NCBI GenBank assembly: GCA_963924565.1
Contig: OZ004612.1
Span: 23,250,001-23,314,000, forward strand
Length of the DNA stretch: 64,000 nucleotides
Reading direction: 5' to 3'
DNA from: Ascidiella aspersa
Lineage: Eukaryota
Shown here: positions 1-15,000 of the stretch, piece by piece
Numbering within the stretch: the first letter of the stretch is position 1
Layout of the letters: each line of letters starts with the position of its first letter
The notes under the pieces: generated by a model
Seen by the model: only the letters and a program-made list of their open reading frames with translations
Told to the model about the DNA's origin: nothing
Database searches by the model: none
Translations under genes and position numbers: made by a program

Positions 1-50
1 TGGTGAATGCAGATGTTGCCACCGACTTCAAAGGGTTGTTGCTCAACATT
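1..50 (-). CDS. LGR exon 11 (partial LRR, cut by window edge)
   Basis: ttcttatag / MLSNNPLKSVATSAFT... Confidence 0.88.
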
Positions 51-3000
51 CTATAAGAAAGACGAAAATGATTTTTAATAGATCGAAATTAAATATAAAA
101 TTAGTCAAGCTCAACTCGCAAGCGGAAAATCTTTTTTACATGGGTTAAAATAATAACACAAACTTTCAGTAGGTTAATCTACATTTTCTAAAGCTTTAGC
201 GAAAATCGACAATTTGTTTTACTTACAACGTTTTTAGTTTACTCATTTTGCTGAATGCGTTTTGAGGTATGTACTGGATCAGATTGTCATGTAGTTTTCT
301 GTAAAAAACACACACCTTGTTTATTACGTGAACTCCAGTCTAGGAGAAGCAAAGAACATTTCTTCAATAGACTGTTATAAACAAAGTAAAAGGACTTACA
401 GCTCGACAAGTTCTTCCAAGTGGATAAGGCTGGTTGGAAATTCGCTGATAAAGTTGTACTCCAGACTTCTGTACGTAAATATTGTGGGAATTAAACGAGG
501 TAAAACTAACATTAAAAGTAACAGGAAAGCGAAATAGTTGCCACCCACATAAAGAAGGCAAAGCATTTAATGTTTAGGTTTTCGGTTCTTTGGAAAACGA
601 ATTGAACCAGAGTCATGTCCACAACGTTAATATGTTTTCATGGCCAATTACCAAACTAACCGCTCGAGCTGTTGAGAAACGTGTCATCTGTATACAAAAC
701 GAGAAGGGCGAACATAATTTGAATGAGAAAAGCGCAACGTGTTTTACGGCAACTTGCATTTTGCTAAACAAACGTGTGTGTTCGACGTATCGCAAAATTG
801 TAGCAGCACACAAACAGGAATAACCTCGTACGAACTGCAGCCATCACGATGCTTCTTGGCTTTTCTGAACGATAGTTATACTATTATGGTCAATTGTGCA
901 GTGTATTACTGCGGCAATTTAGCTTAAAATCTAAGCAGTGGTCCTTGACATCTGCTGCACTTTTACCACTCTAGTACGTGAGCTGTAACTCGATCTTAGG
1001 CGCATTTTTTGTAATAAAAGTACAAACATATACGGTCTTCATACAAGATGTTTTTTAAAACATCCGATCAACATATAAATGTTACATAGGATTTGAAGAA
1101 AGTGTTGTTTTTTAATCTAACAAACCCTTTAACTTATTGCTTCTTGTAGACAAAGCGTAGCTTGAGATGTATATTGTTGTGTGCGTTACGAATCAGGTTA
1201 ATTTGATTAAACATTTTCTTTGCAACGTGGAGGTACGCAGTGGTGGTAATAAAAGACTGGGTGGCGCGCGGCGAGTTTGACAACTACTCCTCGAAAGTAA
1301 ACAGTCGTAAACGCAGCCAAAAAGCAAAAGTGTGCATAAAATATGTCCAAAATACCGCGGCAAAGAACACAAGCCGTGTGCGCATTTCACGAACTTAGCG
1401 GGACCGCAAAGCCACTTGTACGAGCACCGCAAAAACAGCAACAAACAACGAGGCAATGCTTGACAGATGAGATGACGACTTTGGAAGCGACGGCTCCCCG
1501 TTTTCCCGCATTTGCCACGACCGGGTTTGCGACAAAACAAATCTTCGAAGGGGTGTGGGAAAAATAAAACCACAAGGGACGTTATTGGAAAACGGAGCAT
1601 TCGAGCAGACAAGTGGATTTGAGCGGTTTGAGAGAAGAACAGGATATTCACGTGGCTTAGGCGAAAAGCGGTAAGCCTCTGCAAAAGACTATATTTTTCG
1701 ACTTCTTACATTTTAAAGAGAAAATACCGTTAAAAACGGTCAATAACGCCTTTTTGAAAAAAAGATGTTGAAGCGATTTTTGAACTGCGTATTAATCACA
1801 AAAAGCTCCTTTGGTAACTATAATTCTGGTAATTAGAGGTGCTATGAGGAGTTATTTTAAGTTAATATTTTGCCTTGTATAGCACCAGGTTATAAATGCA
1901 GGTCTATAAAATTAAATTTAAACCAATAAAACATACACACATATGTGGGCTTAACAACTGTTCTAGCCCTTCTAAAGCTGCTTTTTGGACAACGATTATG
2001 GCTATCAATAGTACACCAAAAGCTATCGCAGACTAACCGAATCTGTCAATCAATGATGATGCATGCTTGAGGTCGTGAGTTTGAACCTCAGGGAGTTTGA
2101 GATGGCTTTCGATGTAACATTTAAACCAATTTCGTATTATGTTCAAAATTAGAAAAAAAACATGAAATCTAAATTTGGACCGGCCGATTTTGAAGTGGCC
2201 AAGTAAGGTGGCCTAAGTGGACCGCCCGCAGGCTCGGCCGGGCCAAGGACCAGCGGGCGCCCTTCGGAGAGACCCCCCTGAGCCTGCCGGGCCCTTCCCA
2301 CAAGTTAGGAGCGCCTTTATGGGAACCAGCGTGCGCAAAAATAATAAGGCAGTCAAGCGCGACATCAAAGGAATATGGCAGCGGTGCTATGCCAGTGACG
2401 AATGTTTGTCGTTTTTCTTGCTTTCAGGGCGCGTCAGAAGGAGATTAAAAATTCCGCGCCCGCGCCAAGGTGGCGAATTTGCCATAAAACAACAAGTCGG
2501 GCCCCCATATAGTAATTGTTAGGCACATTCCTGTATAAAGTTGATTTAAATTTTCCGTTGTTTTTAAATAACAAACAAGGGACAGGTAAGTCTTTGAGAA
2601 ACAGTGCAGTCCTTATTTCCATATAGTAAAAAAAAATAAAGTTGTGTACCCGAATTTGACTTGAATGCAAACTTCAGCACGTGTTAAATTTATTTAAACA
2701 TATCGTATTTTTCATTAAACAGCACCTTAAACATAAAACAGAGTGGTTCAAATGAAAGGTGTATTCTTCGTAGTGTTTATTTTTTGATTAAACAGGTCAA
2801 GTGCTAAATAAAGTCATTAAAATACAAAATCACTTCTCATTAAAATGAATAAAAACCTTTATTTTCATTTAAACCAGAGTGCCAGGCACTCCTAATCAAT
2901 TTGACCTACTTTGATTATTTTAAATACCACGTCAAGTTCAACCTAAGAGGAATCGTTTGACGTAAACCCTGAACAAGGTGAACGAACGTTCCAATATTCA

Positions 3001-6000
3001 CTTAGTTTGTTTCAAAAAACGTTTATTTCACACTATACCCACGTTTTAAAGTACTATCTCAAGTTTAAGGCGGATAATAAGATCAACTTACAAGATATTC
3101 AAATTAGAAAGTCCGGCGAATCCCAGCTCACCCACCGAAGATATATGGTTTTCGCGAAGAATTCTAAAAAAGTTAAAAGGATTTACATTAATCTGATTGC
3201 ATTAAGTTTCAATGTGAATAACAAGGTTAAATAGTATGATAAAATCGACACCATCTTAACGAAGACGTTTCGTTACGTATACTTATTATTATTTTAAAAC
3301 AGTTAGATTTATACTGTGATGCATCCTCTTTGTGATAAGAATTGCCTTCCAAATCTTGCGAGTGAAATTTAATGCATCGCAGCGAATTTTTACCGACCAT
3401 GATACACTCAAGATGATGTCGATCTACTTGACGTATTTGGTCTTATTTTTCAATATTAAGCTTCTTGCCGTGCAATACGTACCCTTGTATACAGCTATTT
3501 AAACAAAGTTAACAATCTTACAATATGTCAATATACTTTTATGTTAGTGCTGATAAAACAGTAACAAATCTCCTGGTTGTTATCAATGTAAAATAAATAT
3601 ATTTACAATATATATCTAATGAGTTAGGAATAAATATAATGAAGCTAAATGCGTTGTTTGATAACTGATGTTGTTTACAAAAAAGTAATGAAATAGTAAG
3701 CAAATAGACAAAAACTTTTCTGTTTTTTATTGGATTGAAAAAAAAAGGAAACCTGTAATTATGTTCTTACAAAACACATGACACGTTTCCATTGTGATTA
3801 AACAATAATTAAAAGGTATGTCGAACTTATACGCATAACTTACAAAACACGGAGATTTCGTAATCTCTGGAATGCTCCATCCGGAATATCTTCAATGCTG
3901 TTTACGGCCAAATCACTGCAAAGAAAATAACAATATTTTTTGACACGAAATTTATACATAATAAAAAGCGGTCTTGATTAAATCCTTATATGTTAATGGT
4001 TTTCTAAAATTACATAGAAAAAAAGATGTTTCTATGTGTTCCTGTAAAAGCATATATGTGGCCTAATTTTTCAGATTTGAATATCATACTACTGTTGTCG
4101 AAAAACTTTGATTAGTTGCATTTTTTCCAATCGAGGTAGAAATTTTGTTAATCCAATCGTGATTCGAAATTTGGAAATACAAACGATAAATATTACAGTT
4201 AACAACTTTTCGTTATTTTCCAAAGGGTCTAAACTCTAAAAGGGTGCACCTAGTGATCTTGTAAAACTTTGACAAACACAAAAAGTACACTTTTGTAGTT
4301 TGTAGCGTGAACTAATGCGCCAGTTGCTTATCTACAAACGCAACACACCCGTTACTCGAACGAGTTATATACAATTAAGAGACTTGAATACCCATAGTAC
4401 TCACATTGTCTCCAAGTTACTTGTGTCCATAAGAGCTTTGGTTGGCACCTGCCTTATCCGATTGTCGTCCAACTTGAGGCTGATGAGGTTCTTTAATCCG
4501 TAAAAGGTACCGTACTCCAGATTGTTCATGTAATTTGCTCCCAGGTTTCTGCCAAAAACAAACAATGGAGGAAGAGATTAGTACCGCAATAAAGATCTAG
4601 GTAGTGTTACTCCGATGAACAAAGACAGATATCAGGTTCACGTCGTTTTTTGTAGATGCTTGTCACAGGGCGGCCATAGTCACCTCAAAATGAGGCTCCA
4701 GTGTTGCAAACAAGTCACTTGAGTCCCAGTCAAGTCATTTGAAAAATAACTCAATTCTAAGTCAATTTGTTTGCAAAACTAACAAGTCAAGTCCCAGTTC
4801 AAGTCATCGGTTGCCCAAGTCAAGTACCGGTCAAGCCATAGTGAGAGCAAGTCATTTTCAAGTCATGTCATTGGCATATAAGTAAACAGTTAAACTATTA
4901 CAATTGGTAAACTCGTCCAAAACAAGCAAAAAATGACAAACGTAATATACAGCAATAAAAGTGTTCAATGTGCAAAACTTGAGATAAACTTTAATAAAAA
5001 AAATTAATTTAATCTCAAGTTATGACAAAATGACTTAAAGTCCAAGTCTAGTCATTTGTCCAAAATACTTAAGTCAAGTCAAGTAATTTGAAAACAGTGA
5101 CCTAAGTGCACGTAGTCGTAAGTCAAGTCAATGACTTAAGTCATTACAACAATGTAAGGCTCTGTGCAGTTACCAATCATCGAATTTAAATACAGTTTTT
5201 GGAAAAAACAAATCTTTTTTGGTCAGAATGAGGACCCAGATTATTTATTCGCGTGTACTGAAACGAAACCTCTATCAATAAAATGTGATCGGCCGCAAAT
5301 GACCCTCGCGCGTGCTGAATACGTTGTTATTAGATATTCCAGTTCAGTGGCAGGTGCTTTGGGAATCGCCTTACTCGCCGTGATTCAATTTGGCCGCATT
5401 GTGTCCTTGCGATAAATCGCTGCAAATTCGATAAGGCACGAGTTTGTTTACACCGATATGCCCGCGACCCGCCTATAGGAAGGACTGGGGTTTGTTTCCA
5501 TTTAAGGTAAAATTGGATTAGAGTCGTGCAACTACAAAGGGGAAAGAGTCATTATTTATGTGTTTGATATTGAAAACAAAAACAATAGTTTGTAACTGCT
5601 ATGTTGAAAACGATTAAAAACTATAGTTTGTAACTGCTATGTTGAAAACGATTAAAGAGTGATTCGAAACGTTCAAAATGCCACCTACTTGTGTATGGGC
5701 TTTGATATTCTTACTACTACAACCACCAACCATTATGCTCCAAAGTTTGCAATTTATTTTCGCTTTTTAATATTGATCGTTACATCAAAGCGAACTTTTT
5801 CCTGGATTGAACATTGCTGTTTTGATAGGTTTCGGTATAGTTGGTAAATAAAAACAGTTCAGGAATACGGTCGAAAGGCTAAATATGAGAAAACATTTTG
5901 TTTCAGTGTTGTGTTTAAAGTACAGAATGTGAATTGTAAAGCTAAAATTATAAAGGTGATTTGATTAATTAGTTAATTTTTTTTCGTTAGAAATTTTTTT

Positions 6001-9000
6001 CTTAGTCTGCTGCCTTGAATTTTTGTCTTGCCTAGCAAATTGATAATTTGGCCGAATCAAACCACTATGTTGCGATTCTACATTCAAAAGTAAAACTTTC
6101 AATATTATTAGGTTGTCAACTATAGATGGAACAGTAAACTTCTTAATGTTAATGCAAATTTTGTGCTTATAACCTTGACACATTACCTTTGAACGTTTAA
6201 ATTAATCTATTATACTTTGAGCGTGGTAGTCATGTAACTTGTTATCGGATCGGATCGCGATAGTTTTTGTCCAAAACATCGGGAATCGGTATCGGAATAA
6301 AATGTCAAGTACCTCCTACTTATATGAGGTGTTGGAATGCATGACAAGCTAAAAAGGTTAGACATAAAATCGTGTATTGTTCAAGTAAAAAGTAATTAAT
6401 TTCCAAGAAATGTTTCAATCGTTGTTTCTAAAATTGAACCCGCGTGATTATACGCGACAGATGCGCGCGTATTCTTCACTTAACGTTATAGTGACTCTAC
6501 CAGTGTTGTAACCAATCATTTCGAAATGACTTAAGTCCCAGACGAGTCATTTGAAGAATAACTTAAGCCCAAGTCAATTCTTTTGCGCAAATAACAAGTT
6601 AAGTCCAAGTCATCGGTTGTCCAAGTCAAATCCCAGTCAAGTTATTAGGAGAGCAAGACAATTTTAATATACTGTTAAACTATTAAAATTGGTAAACTCG
6701 TCCTAAGCAACAGTTTAACTAAAAAAACACAAACGCAATATACAGCAATTAAAAAAGTGTTTAATGTGCAAAAGATAAATTTTAATGAAAAACACTTAAA
6801 TTAATCCCAAGTTATTTGACAAAATGACTCAAGTCCAAGTCAAGTCATTTGTCCAGAAGACTTAAGTCCAGTCATTTTAGTCAAAAGACTTAAGTCAAGT
6901 CAAGTCATTTGAAAACAGTGACTCAAGTGCAATTAAGTCAAGTCAATGACTTATTACAACACTGGTGACTGCGATGCTACCATACTTACAGCGATCGTAG
7001 GTTGGTGGCTTCTACGAAGAGCTGCGGTTCAATGTTTTCGAGGCGGTTGGTGTGAAGCGTTCTGTGGAGCAGAAGTATAAGATTTGCAAAGAATCGTGGG
7101 GCGTTAAAAGCTTTTGAATCACAGGGGGTGAGCCAGTAGAAATGCGAACCCTGACCCTGGAGGTCGAATGCTTGACCGCATGGGATAAGCCATCTCTCCG
7201 GCAGAAAGATTTTGTGATGTTGGCGTGAATATGGTTCTCTGCTTTGTTTACAAGTAGTTTTGTATTTCGGAAAGATTTAAAATAAGGAATGAACTGCGTT
7301 AGGTTTATACTGCTATACTGTATACATTAACCAACGCACATTTTATTCATAAGAGTTGATAAACGGCCTAGAAAAAAATAACCTCAACGAAAAATAATTA
7401 TTATTTAATCACAATCACAGACCGTGGTCAAATAAAGGAAATCCAGCAGCTTTAAAACAATTTTTCTAAGCCAGGTTCTCGGCTAACCAAATACTACAAA
7501 AGCAATAAAGTTTTGTTGACCCATTTATCTAAACGGATTTTAATAAAGCGAGCAAAACATAAGAATTCAGCAAAAAATACGGCAAGTTACTTTTCCAAAC
7601 ACCAAATCACACTTCAACGTAATTTTATCATAATTATTTTTCGCGTATCGTTTATACCAAGTTTTTAACCGAATCGAACAAGTAGAGAACACTTTTGCGA
7701 TTTAAACAAGAACACTTTTGCCTTACGATATACCTTAGCGTATTTAAATTTGTGATCCCTCTTTATCCTTGTACTCCCTCAATAAGTCCGAATTAATAGG
7801 AAAGAAAAAGCTTTAACCCTTCTGAACCGCGAGCAGGTTCAAAGATGCTTAGAGCCTTTGCGGTGGTTTTACGGCCTAAACCGGTTTACGGTTCAACGTT
7901 TTATGACCGTGAAACGAGCTCGCGGTCGCATAAACTTTATTGATGACATCATAAAAAACGCGCTGGTCAAAAAGGGCGCGAAGCCACACGTGGCGCCAAC
8001 ACAGACGAAGCTTGACGGGCAGGGCACCAGTCGAAGTGTTTGTGCTTTTTGCAATTAAAACGTTTAAACAATTTCTTGTGTGTTTTTCTTTTGTGAACAT
8101 GTTGCAAAGTTTAGGGAATACGTCACAGCCTGAATTTCATTCAAACTTTTTTATATCCCTACAACAAGCCATTCCAGTAACTGCATTGTTTCGTACTGTA
8201 AATGAGAATGATTTGCTAAACTGTTTACTGATTTGTGCTCGCTTTATGATTTATCGATGTTAATACGCCAAAACTTTGCTTTCATTAATAATATTCGAGA
8301 ACATGGTAAAACAAATACCATATTGCGCTAGGAAATAAGAATCTCGCAGCATTTCGAGTGAAATGTACCAGTCTTTCAACATATATCTGTCGCTTCTTAT
8401 TGGGTGGTGCCATCTATCTTTTATCTCTCGACTCTCGTGAGTATTTTTCTTCGGCCGTGTAACTTAAATTATCGCGCGATAAAAAAAGGTTTCTGCGAAA
8501 AAAAGTCGAAGCGTTTGAGCACCGGCAGCTCGACGGCGTTCGGTCGATCAATATTGCTGGCAAAGAAAACAGCGGCTTTGTTTCGGAAAGTCGCCGAAAC
8601 AACAACGCGCCTGCGTCATTTCATTTCCACAAAAACAGACGACCCCGTAGCTTTGGGGGTGTTGAGACGTGCACGCCCCTCTTCCCCCTACACAGGCGCT
8701 ATGGCATGCTCTTGTTGTTTCAGCACGCGGCTAAATCGGGATAAGACGAAGTAATATGCACCAGCAGGGAACGGCTGAGCCCAGCATCTATTCTTCTCCA
8801 TTTTCTGGCTGTTTTTTCGGAAGGTAAGAAGGGTTGGAACCGCTCGAAAGTGAGCAACGTGTTTATATAGCAGAAAACTTGTTTGTTTTTTCCATGAAAA
8901 CAAACCGGGTGGCCATTCGCCTTTATAGAATTTAAAATTGCCTTGCTTTATTCCTGAAGAATTGCGTAAATGGGTAATTATCCTCGATTACATCATTACA

Positions 9001-12000
9001 CCATTGCAAGATAACAAGAAGGTTTAGCTCGGGAAAGTTTAGTCAAAAATAAAAATAGCCTCTTTCGATATGGCCTTGATATAAAGCGGCGCGCCCTATA
9101 GAAAATAATCAAGGTTCACGAACGGCCAACACAGAACGGCAAGCCACTTTCCAAGCGCAAAACGAACGCGATTTGGTCAGGCGGCATATGTTTATGGCAA
9201 ATACTGGGGGAAAGCGACAGAAAGCACACATGGGCGGCTGTTACGCACATCCGTCAACGCCATTCGCGTCATATTCGTAACCGAGGCCAAAGACTGAGAT
9301 AAGAGAGAAATATAGAAGGGCGGATTGTAATGATCTAAAGCGGAAAGTGACTTTGCTTCCGCGCGGTTTCGCACAAGTGAAGATATAAGACCGCGTCAAT
9401 CAGGTGAACATATCGCAAGAGGGAAGTGAAAAAACATTTATCGCACACATCATCATTGAAAACTAAGTTTTTATCAGTGTACAGAAATTTATTAATACAC
9501 AAAGGCTTATCAAGTGGATTCATATCTTAATTCGAGTGGGCACAATTTTTTTTTTTGAAACAGAAATAGCATCAGTGTAAATTAAACATCATCACTAAAA
9601 ACTTTGAAGTAACGCACAATATTAGCTCCTACCGCGACAATTAAGATGGTAACACCACTACATTGTCAAGGCATCATGTGCTCTTTACCGTATGACCGCA
9701 AGTAATAGAATGCTTACACAATTAAATATGTCATAAAGGACTCATCAAAATGCGCTTTGGCAAACTCACTGTTAATCTTAATATTTGTCACCGGCAAGAT
9801 TGCCCGCAACAAAACGAATGGGCGCAAGGCAATTTCCGCATTCCCGGAAAAACGGCGTCCTGAGTATAAGCGCCCCCTTCGCAAATGTGTGTGGTCCCCG
9901 GCACGATATTGGGGTCGAATTCGACGGGGTTCTTTGAAAACCGACACCTGGGGCCGACGGGCGGGGTGCCCTTTTACCCACGACTCGCGCGCATAAGTCG
10001 CTCCCCCGATTGTTGCTTTTGCGTGAACCTGGCGAAGCCGCATAGTGGCACATTAACACTTTCGCCCGAAAACTTGGCGCTCGCTTCAACCGCAAAACTA
10101 TATTGCTTACGAAAGGGGCACTTGCGCCTAAAAGCCCGCGCCACGAACTGGTGAGGGCGTAAGTTGCGACCCGAGAGTTACCAACATTCCTTTCCGTTTA
10201 ATTTGTTGTGAGCACTCTGCCATTTTCACTCATTTGGAAATCGAAATTCGCGGTTCCGTATTTCGATAATAAGCCGCTCCAAACCAAACCGCGAGCAAAA
10301 CGAACGTTTGTAAGATTTACAATTAAAATAAAATGTGGTCCAAAATGGTTGGAGGTTGCAGTAAGGCGTAGTAAGAATATCAAAGCCCATACAGAAGTAG
10401 GTATCATTTTGAACGTTTGGATTAACGCTTTAATCATTTTCAACACCATGTAAAATCTGTTTAACCGAAAGCCCTCGAAGCAGAAGATCGCAATCTGAAA
10501 ACAAGCAATCGATTAGGCAAATTTCGTCGGCGGCCAAGACAACTGGAAACGCGTTATGGCTACACAGCACGAAATCAAAACAAGCAGGCCGAACATCAAA
10601 GTGGGACGCCATGCTTGCTTGTCCGACTGGCCACCGCTTGTTGAACGAAAAATAGCCGCTAGCCCCGTGTTTAGGGGTCGCTGCGAAACGCGATATCACC
10701 CCACACCGGCCAGCAGCGCCCTTCGCGCTTATAAGAGCCCAGGCAAGTCGCGCAAGAGGCGCTGTCACAAAGCCGCTAACCCAATTAGGCAGCCGATAAG
10801 ATAGCGGCAGGTGAGTTATACAGCAGGGCTGTTGTATGCGGAAGCGTCGGCCCGGGAATGTAGCGCTTATCTGGCCGCAAAGACAGCGACAAGACGCCGC
10901 CGCCGCCGCTGCTCGATCAATGTAGAAGGTCCCTGACAGGTTCGATCATTCACTCTTGACGTCGGCGACGGAGGTTTGTGTTCCGAGGGCTTCGCGGAAC
11001 GCGACTCGTTACCCTCCGCTGGGCACAACGCGTGCCGAGAAGCGACCCCAGAAAAATCGGGTGAAAATTAATTTATATAAACCAGTGGTTGCATTGGTTT
11101 TGTTATATTGGATATTACCGTGACCCTTGAATATCGAACTCAATTCCTGATCAGTAACAGCAGAATAATAGTCTAGCAAATCTAGTAATTCAGGTCTGAC
11201 ACTTTATATACATGTGGACAGTTTTTTTATGTATATTTCACCAATGAAGGAGTTATCGGTATTTCTGTCTTGAATAACTAGCTTTGCCAGTCAATTCTGC
11301 TGACAAACCGGTGGTTTGTAACCGTTTTCCAATCCCCTTTTTGTAATTGCCCCGTGCCTTGCGCCCAACCAGATACAATAAACAATTGGGGCATAACAAA
11401 CAACTAGATTTCAAGCGTGATAAAACTTTATAAATTGACAGACAATAGTCTTTTTTAACATTTAGCCTATTCTGCCTAACAGTAGCCTTAATGTGATTAA
11501 AAATATGTTAATCCAAAGTAAGACAAATTGGTTGTAAACAATAGGAAATCAAGTTTAAAGTACCACAATCAAAATAAAACAGCAACCCCAGAGCCCGGAA
11601 ATTCATAAATCACAAAACCATTTATAGTAAAGCACGTGCCCCATTGAGAATTGATTGACGACCTTTAGAACCACTGGTAACTGTCGATGTTGGAGGTGAT
11701 ATCAACGTAATAGAACTCTTCGGTAAATAACGATTTGTGTCTGGACCCGATGCAACAAAAATGTGTGTTTTTCTGCGTTGTCTGGTCGCTCTTTGAGTTG
11801 CAGGATACAAGCGAATACCGCGTTTTTACAAAGACCCCCGATATGAAACTACAAACAGAATGACGTTCCTTCAAGTTTTAATGCGATTATACTCTGCTAT
11901 TAAATCGTAAAGCACTTAGTTTTTGACGCCTGCCAAATATGACGCTACACAGGTATGACGTACGATGCTACACACACCCGTTTAATTTACACAAATTATA

Positions 12001-15000
12001 ACCCCTTAAGGGCTTAAAATTTGGCGTGTTGTTGTCGTATACATGTCCTAATGTCATGAACGTTTCAGTGAAACGGATCCAGAACGAGCGTGAACAAAAC
12101 AAACGCACGAAAGAGTCGCCAACTTTGAGCCTCGCGCCAACATCAGTCCGAATTAAAAACTCACGAAAGATCAAAACTCCCCTCTAAACAGCGGCCTGCG
12201 GATCGGCGCGGAAACCAAAGGGCCGACCGTTGGAGGTATACGGTCACCAAAGTGCCGGCTCATATCGTGACAACTGTCCCCCGGCGACTTTGCCGAGCGT
12301 CGCTTTCTCCCGTGGCTCCGGGGAGCGCGACTTTATTAACCCCCGCCTTTAATGTTCCTGGACCGCGAGCACTTGGCGAGCCCGCGCGTTATTGCGCCCA
12401 TATAGTTAACCAACGTGTTTGGTTGCCCTTTACTGGCCAAGCGTTCTTCGGCGTCAGTTTTCCCAAGCTTCAGGTAACCTGACGGCGAAGAGCGGTCAGA
12501 AGGTTGGTCAAGGGGTGACCAAATGCCGAAAACGCTCTTGGAAAACGCGATACTTTCACTGCCCACCCTATAGCGATGTGATTCTCAAACTGTATGCCGC
12601 GGCACATCATTGTATGTACCTCGAGAGATTCACAAGTGGAAATGGTTGTAATTTACAAAACTAACCTATTGAAATTTCAAACAGGCGTTAAGGCAAGCAT
12701 GCAATAGTTGAATAAGCAACATTCATTAGATAACTAATAATGTAGCGTTATTAACCGTTTACCATGTCTTGTCGTAATCATGAAATTTGAAGGATCAATT
12801 TTTTTAAGCAACTTTCGTTAAAATTGTGTCCTGAATTTCCTTTAAATATGCCACTAGCGTAATAAGTTTGAACACCACTTCCCTGCTGTAATCATAAAGT
12901 TAAAATACCCCCCTCCCCCGGAAAAAAGCGGAAAAAGAACAGTTAGGCAACTTTAAACAGGCCTGAAACTCGCGATCGCCGATTTCGACTTTTGCGCATT
13001 TTTATGACAAATGACAAAAGAGGATAACTTACAGCGACTGAAGCTCGACCAGGCCTTGGAACGAGGTCGGGTGGAGAGTCGTCATGAAGTTGTTCGCCAG
13101 GTCCCTGGAGATGCAACAAAAGAGCTTCAACGTAACGTAATGGACACGACTGCCATGATGGCATAGATTGGTGAATGGGTATAACTCGTTTTCGTAAAAC
13201 GGAACGAGTTTCGAGCAAGATTAGATTTAAGGTAGGCCTGTACTACTCAAAATAGTAAGAGGGGCGCGACTTAAGGTCCATGTAACCATCATAACGCGCA
13301 TACAATTCAGTATAACCTATGAGATATGGCCTTAAAAAAAAAACATTTTTAAGGCATCAAAATATTATATCACACGGTGGGCAAAATTCAGCAGTTAAAC
13401 TAAAAGTTATGCATGCCATAATATAAAGGAGTGTCTGTTGTATGACATTCTTAACGAGTTACCTACATGGCCATAACGGCCAAATCGCAGTTTTTAAGTA
13501 AGCAAGGCAGACAGTCAGTAAGAATGCCAAAATAGTCAATATCGATATACTGTAAAATGGTTGCGTTTCGAAACAATATTAATCCACATTATCCACATTG
13601 TCATGGTTTTACCAAAAAACTCATTAGGCATAGAGTCGTAGTAATTGTTAACTAAATAGATATTTTAGTAGTCTTATTAAAGGGTTCATTGGATCAATGT
13701 TTAGTGACACTAAAATCATAGGTTTTTTGATGTTTTTTAGGTATACTAAATGCTACTCGCGTATGACGAGTTTTGCGGAAGACACTTCAAAAAAAGGCAT
13801 GTTGCCTGTATCAATCGCGCTCTGGAGGCAGTTATATAAGCTTGTTTATAATTTTATGCCGTCGCTTCATAAGCAGACAATCCCTTTATTGTCAACCCAG
13901 TTCCTCGTAAATTTCGCACATATAGTTTAGTGATAGGCGCCAGTCTGTGGCTATGCATACTTGCCTAGAAATGTCAATAACTGGCCGACGTTCCGCAAAA
14001 GCACGGCGGTACCTTGCGGTTTCTTATGCGGGCGTGGAAGCGTATTCGATCGGAAATAGCGAACTGATTGTAATCCGACGTGTACAGGATGGCGTGGCCA
14101 AACCGCGACGGGATTTGTACAAGCTTAGTAAGCAGGGAAAACACGATTTGCTTGCGTTTAATTGAAAAGCGGATTTTCAGGCCCGTGCATTTGTCAGAAG
14201 TGACCAAGTCGTCACGACTTATCCGGGATGACACTTCGATCGTGATTTAAAGTCGAAACTGAAAAATCTGTGACGGGCGAAAAAGCTGATCGGAGTTTAC
14301 CAAGTTAGGAAATGGTACCGTGCAAAATGCAATTGACGCCACTCTGTGTGTAACAGAATACGTGTTAAATGCCATATGAAGCTTGTGTTGCCATTATCGT
14401 GACTGCTGGAAATTTTATTTTTGAAAAAAGGGTCAATCGTGATGGTCAAATAAGTATTTTCTTACAAAATCACAAAAGAAACTACTCTATAATATAGTGA
14501 TTTAATCCCATGTAACTCCTTGTTTTTTTATCCTTAAACAGTCTGCAATTGCGGACATCTGTTTATCACGATCAAGGTGCACAACTTTTCAGCTATTGAC
14601 AAACGCATAAACCGATTTGAAGGCGATACCTGATGTAATAGTAGCCGTATTCTCCCGATACTAGGTTGGTATCGGCCGCGATCCAATAACAAAATAATAA
14701 AACTATTTGGGCCATAAATATATTCAAAATCACCGGTTTCTCCCTTTAAAGGCAATTTAAAAATATATATATATATTAGGTTAACAAATATCGGTAACTA
14801 AACTTTGCCAACGCTAAAGCGATTTTTGCCTCAACCTGGATCCTAAAAAACGTGCTGTTTTTGAACGAACTGCTTTGCAATTATTAAGTCGGATAGGTGT
14901 TTCTCACGTTCACGATGAAAGCATTAAATTTACCAACGTTAAGAATTAAGTTTACCAACTCCAAATGTCAAGCGCTGTATCAAACCACTGTGTCCATCTT

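Noticed and set aside
5432-5440. TAAGGCACG matching the miR-124 5' end
   Set aside because: The match ends after 9 nt and there is no supporting hairpin.
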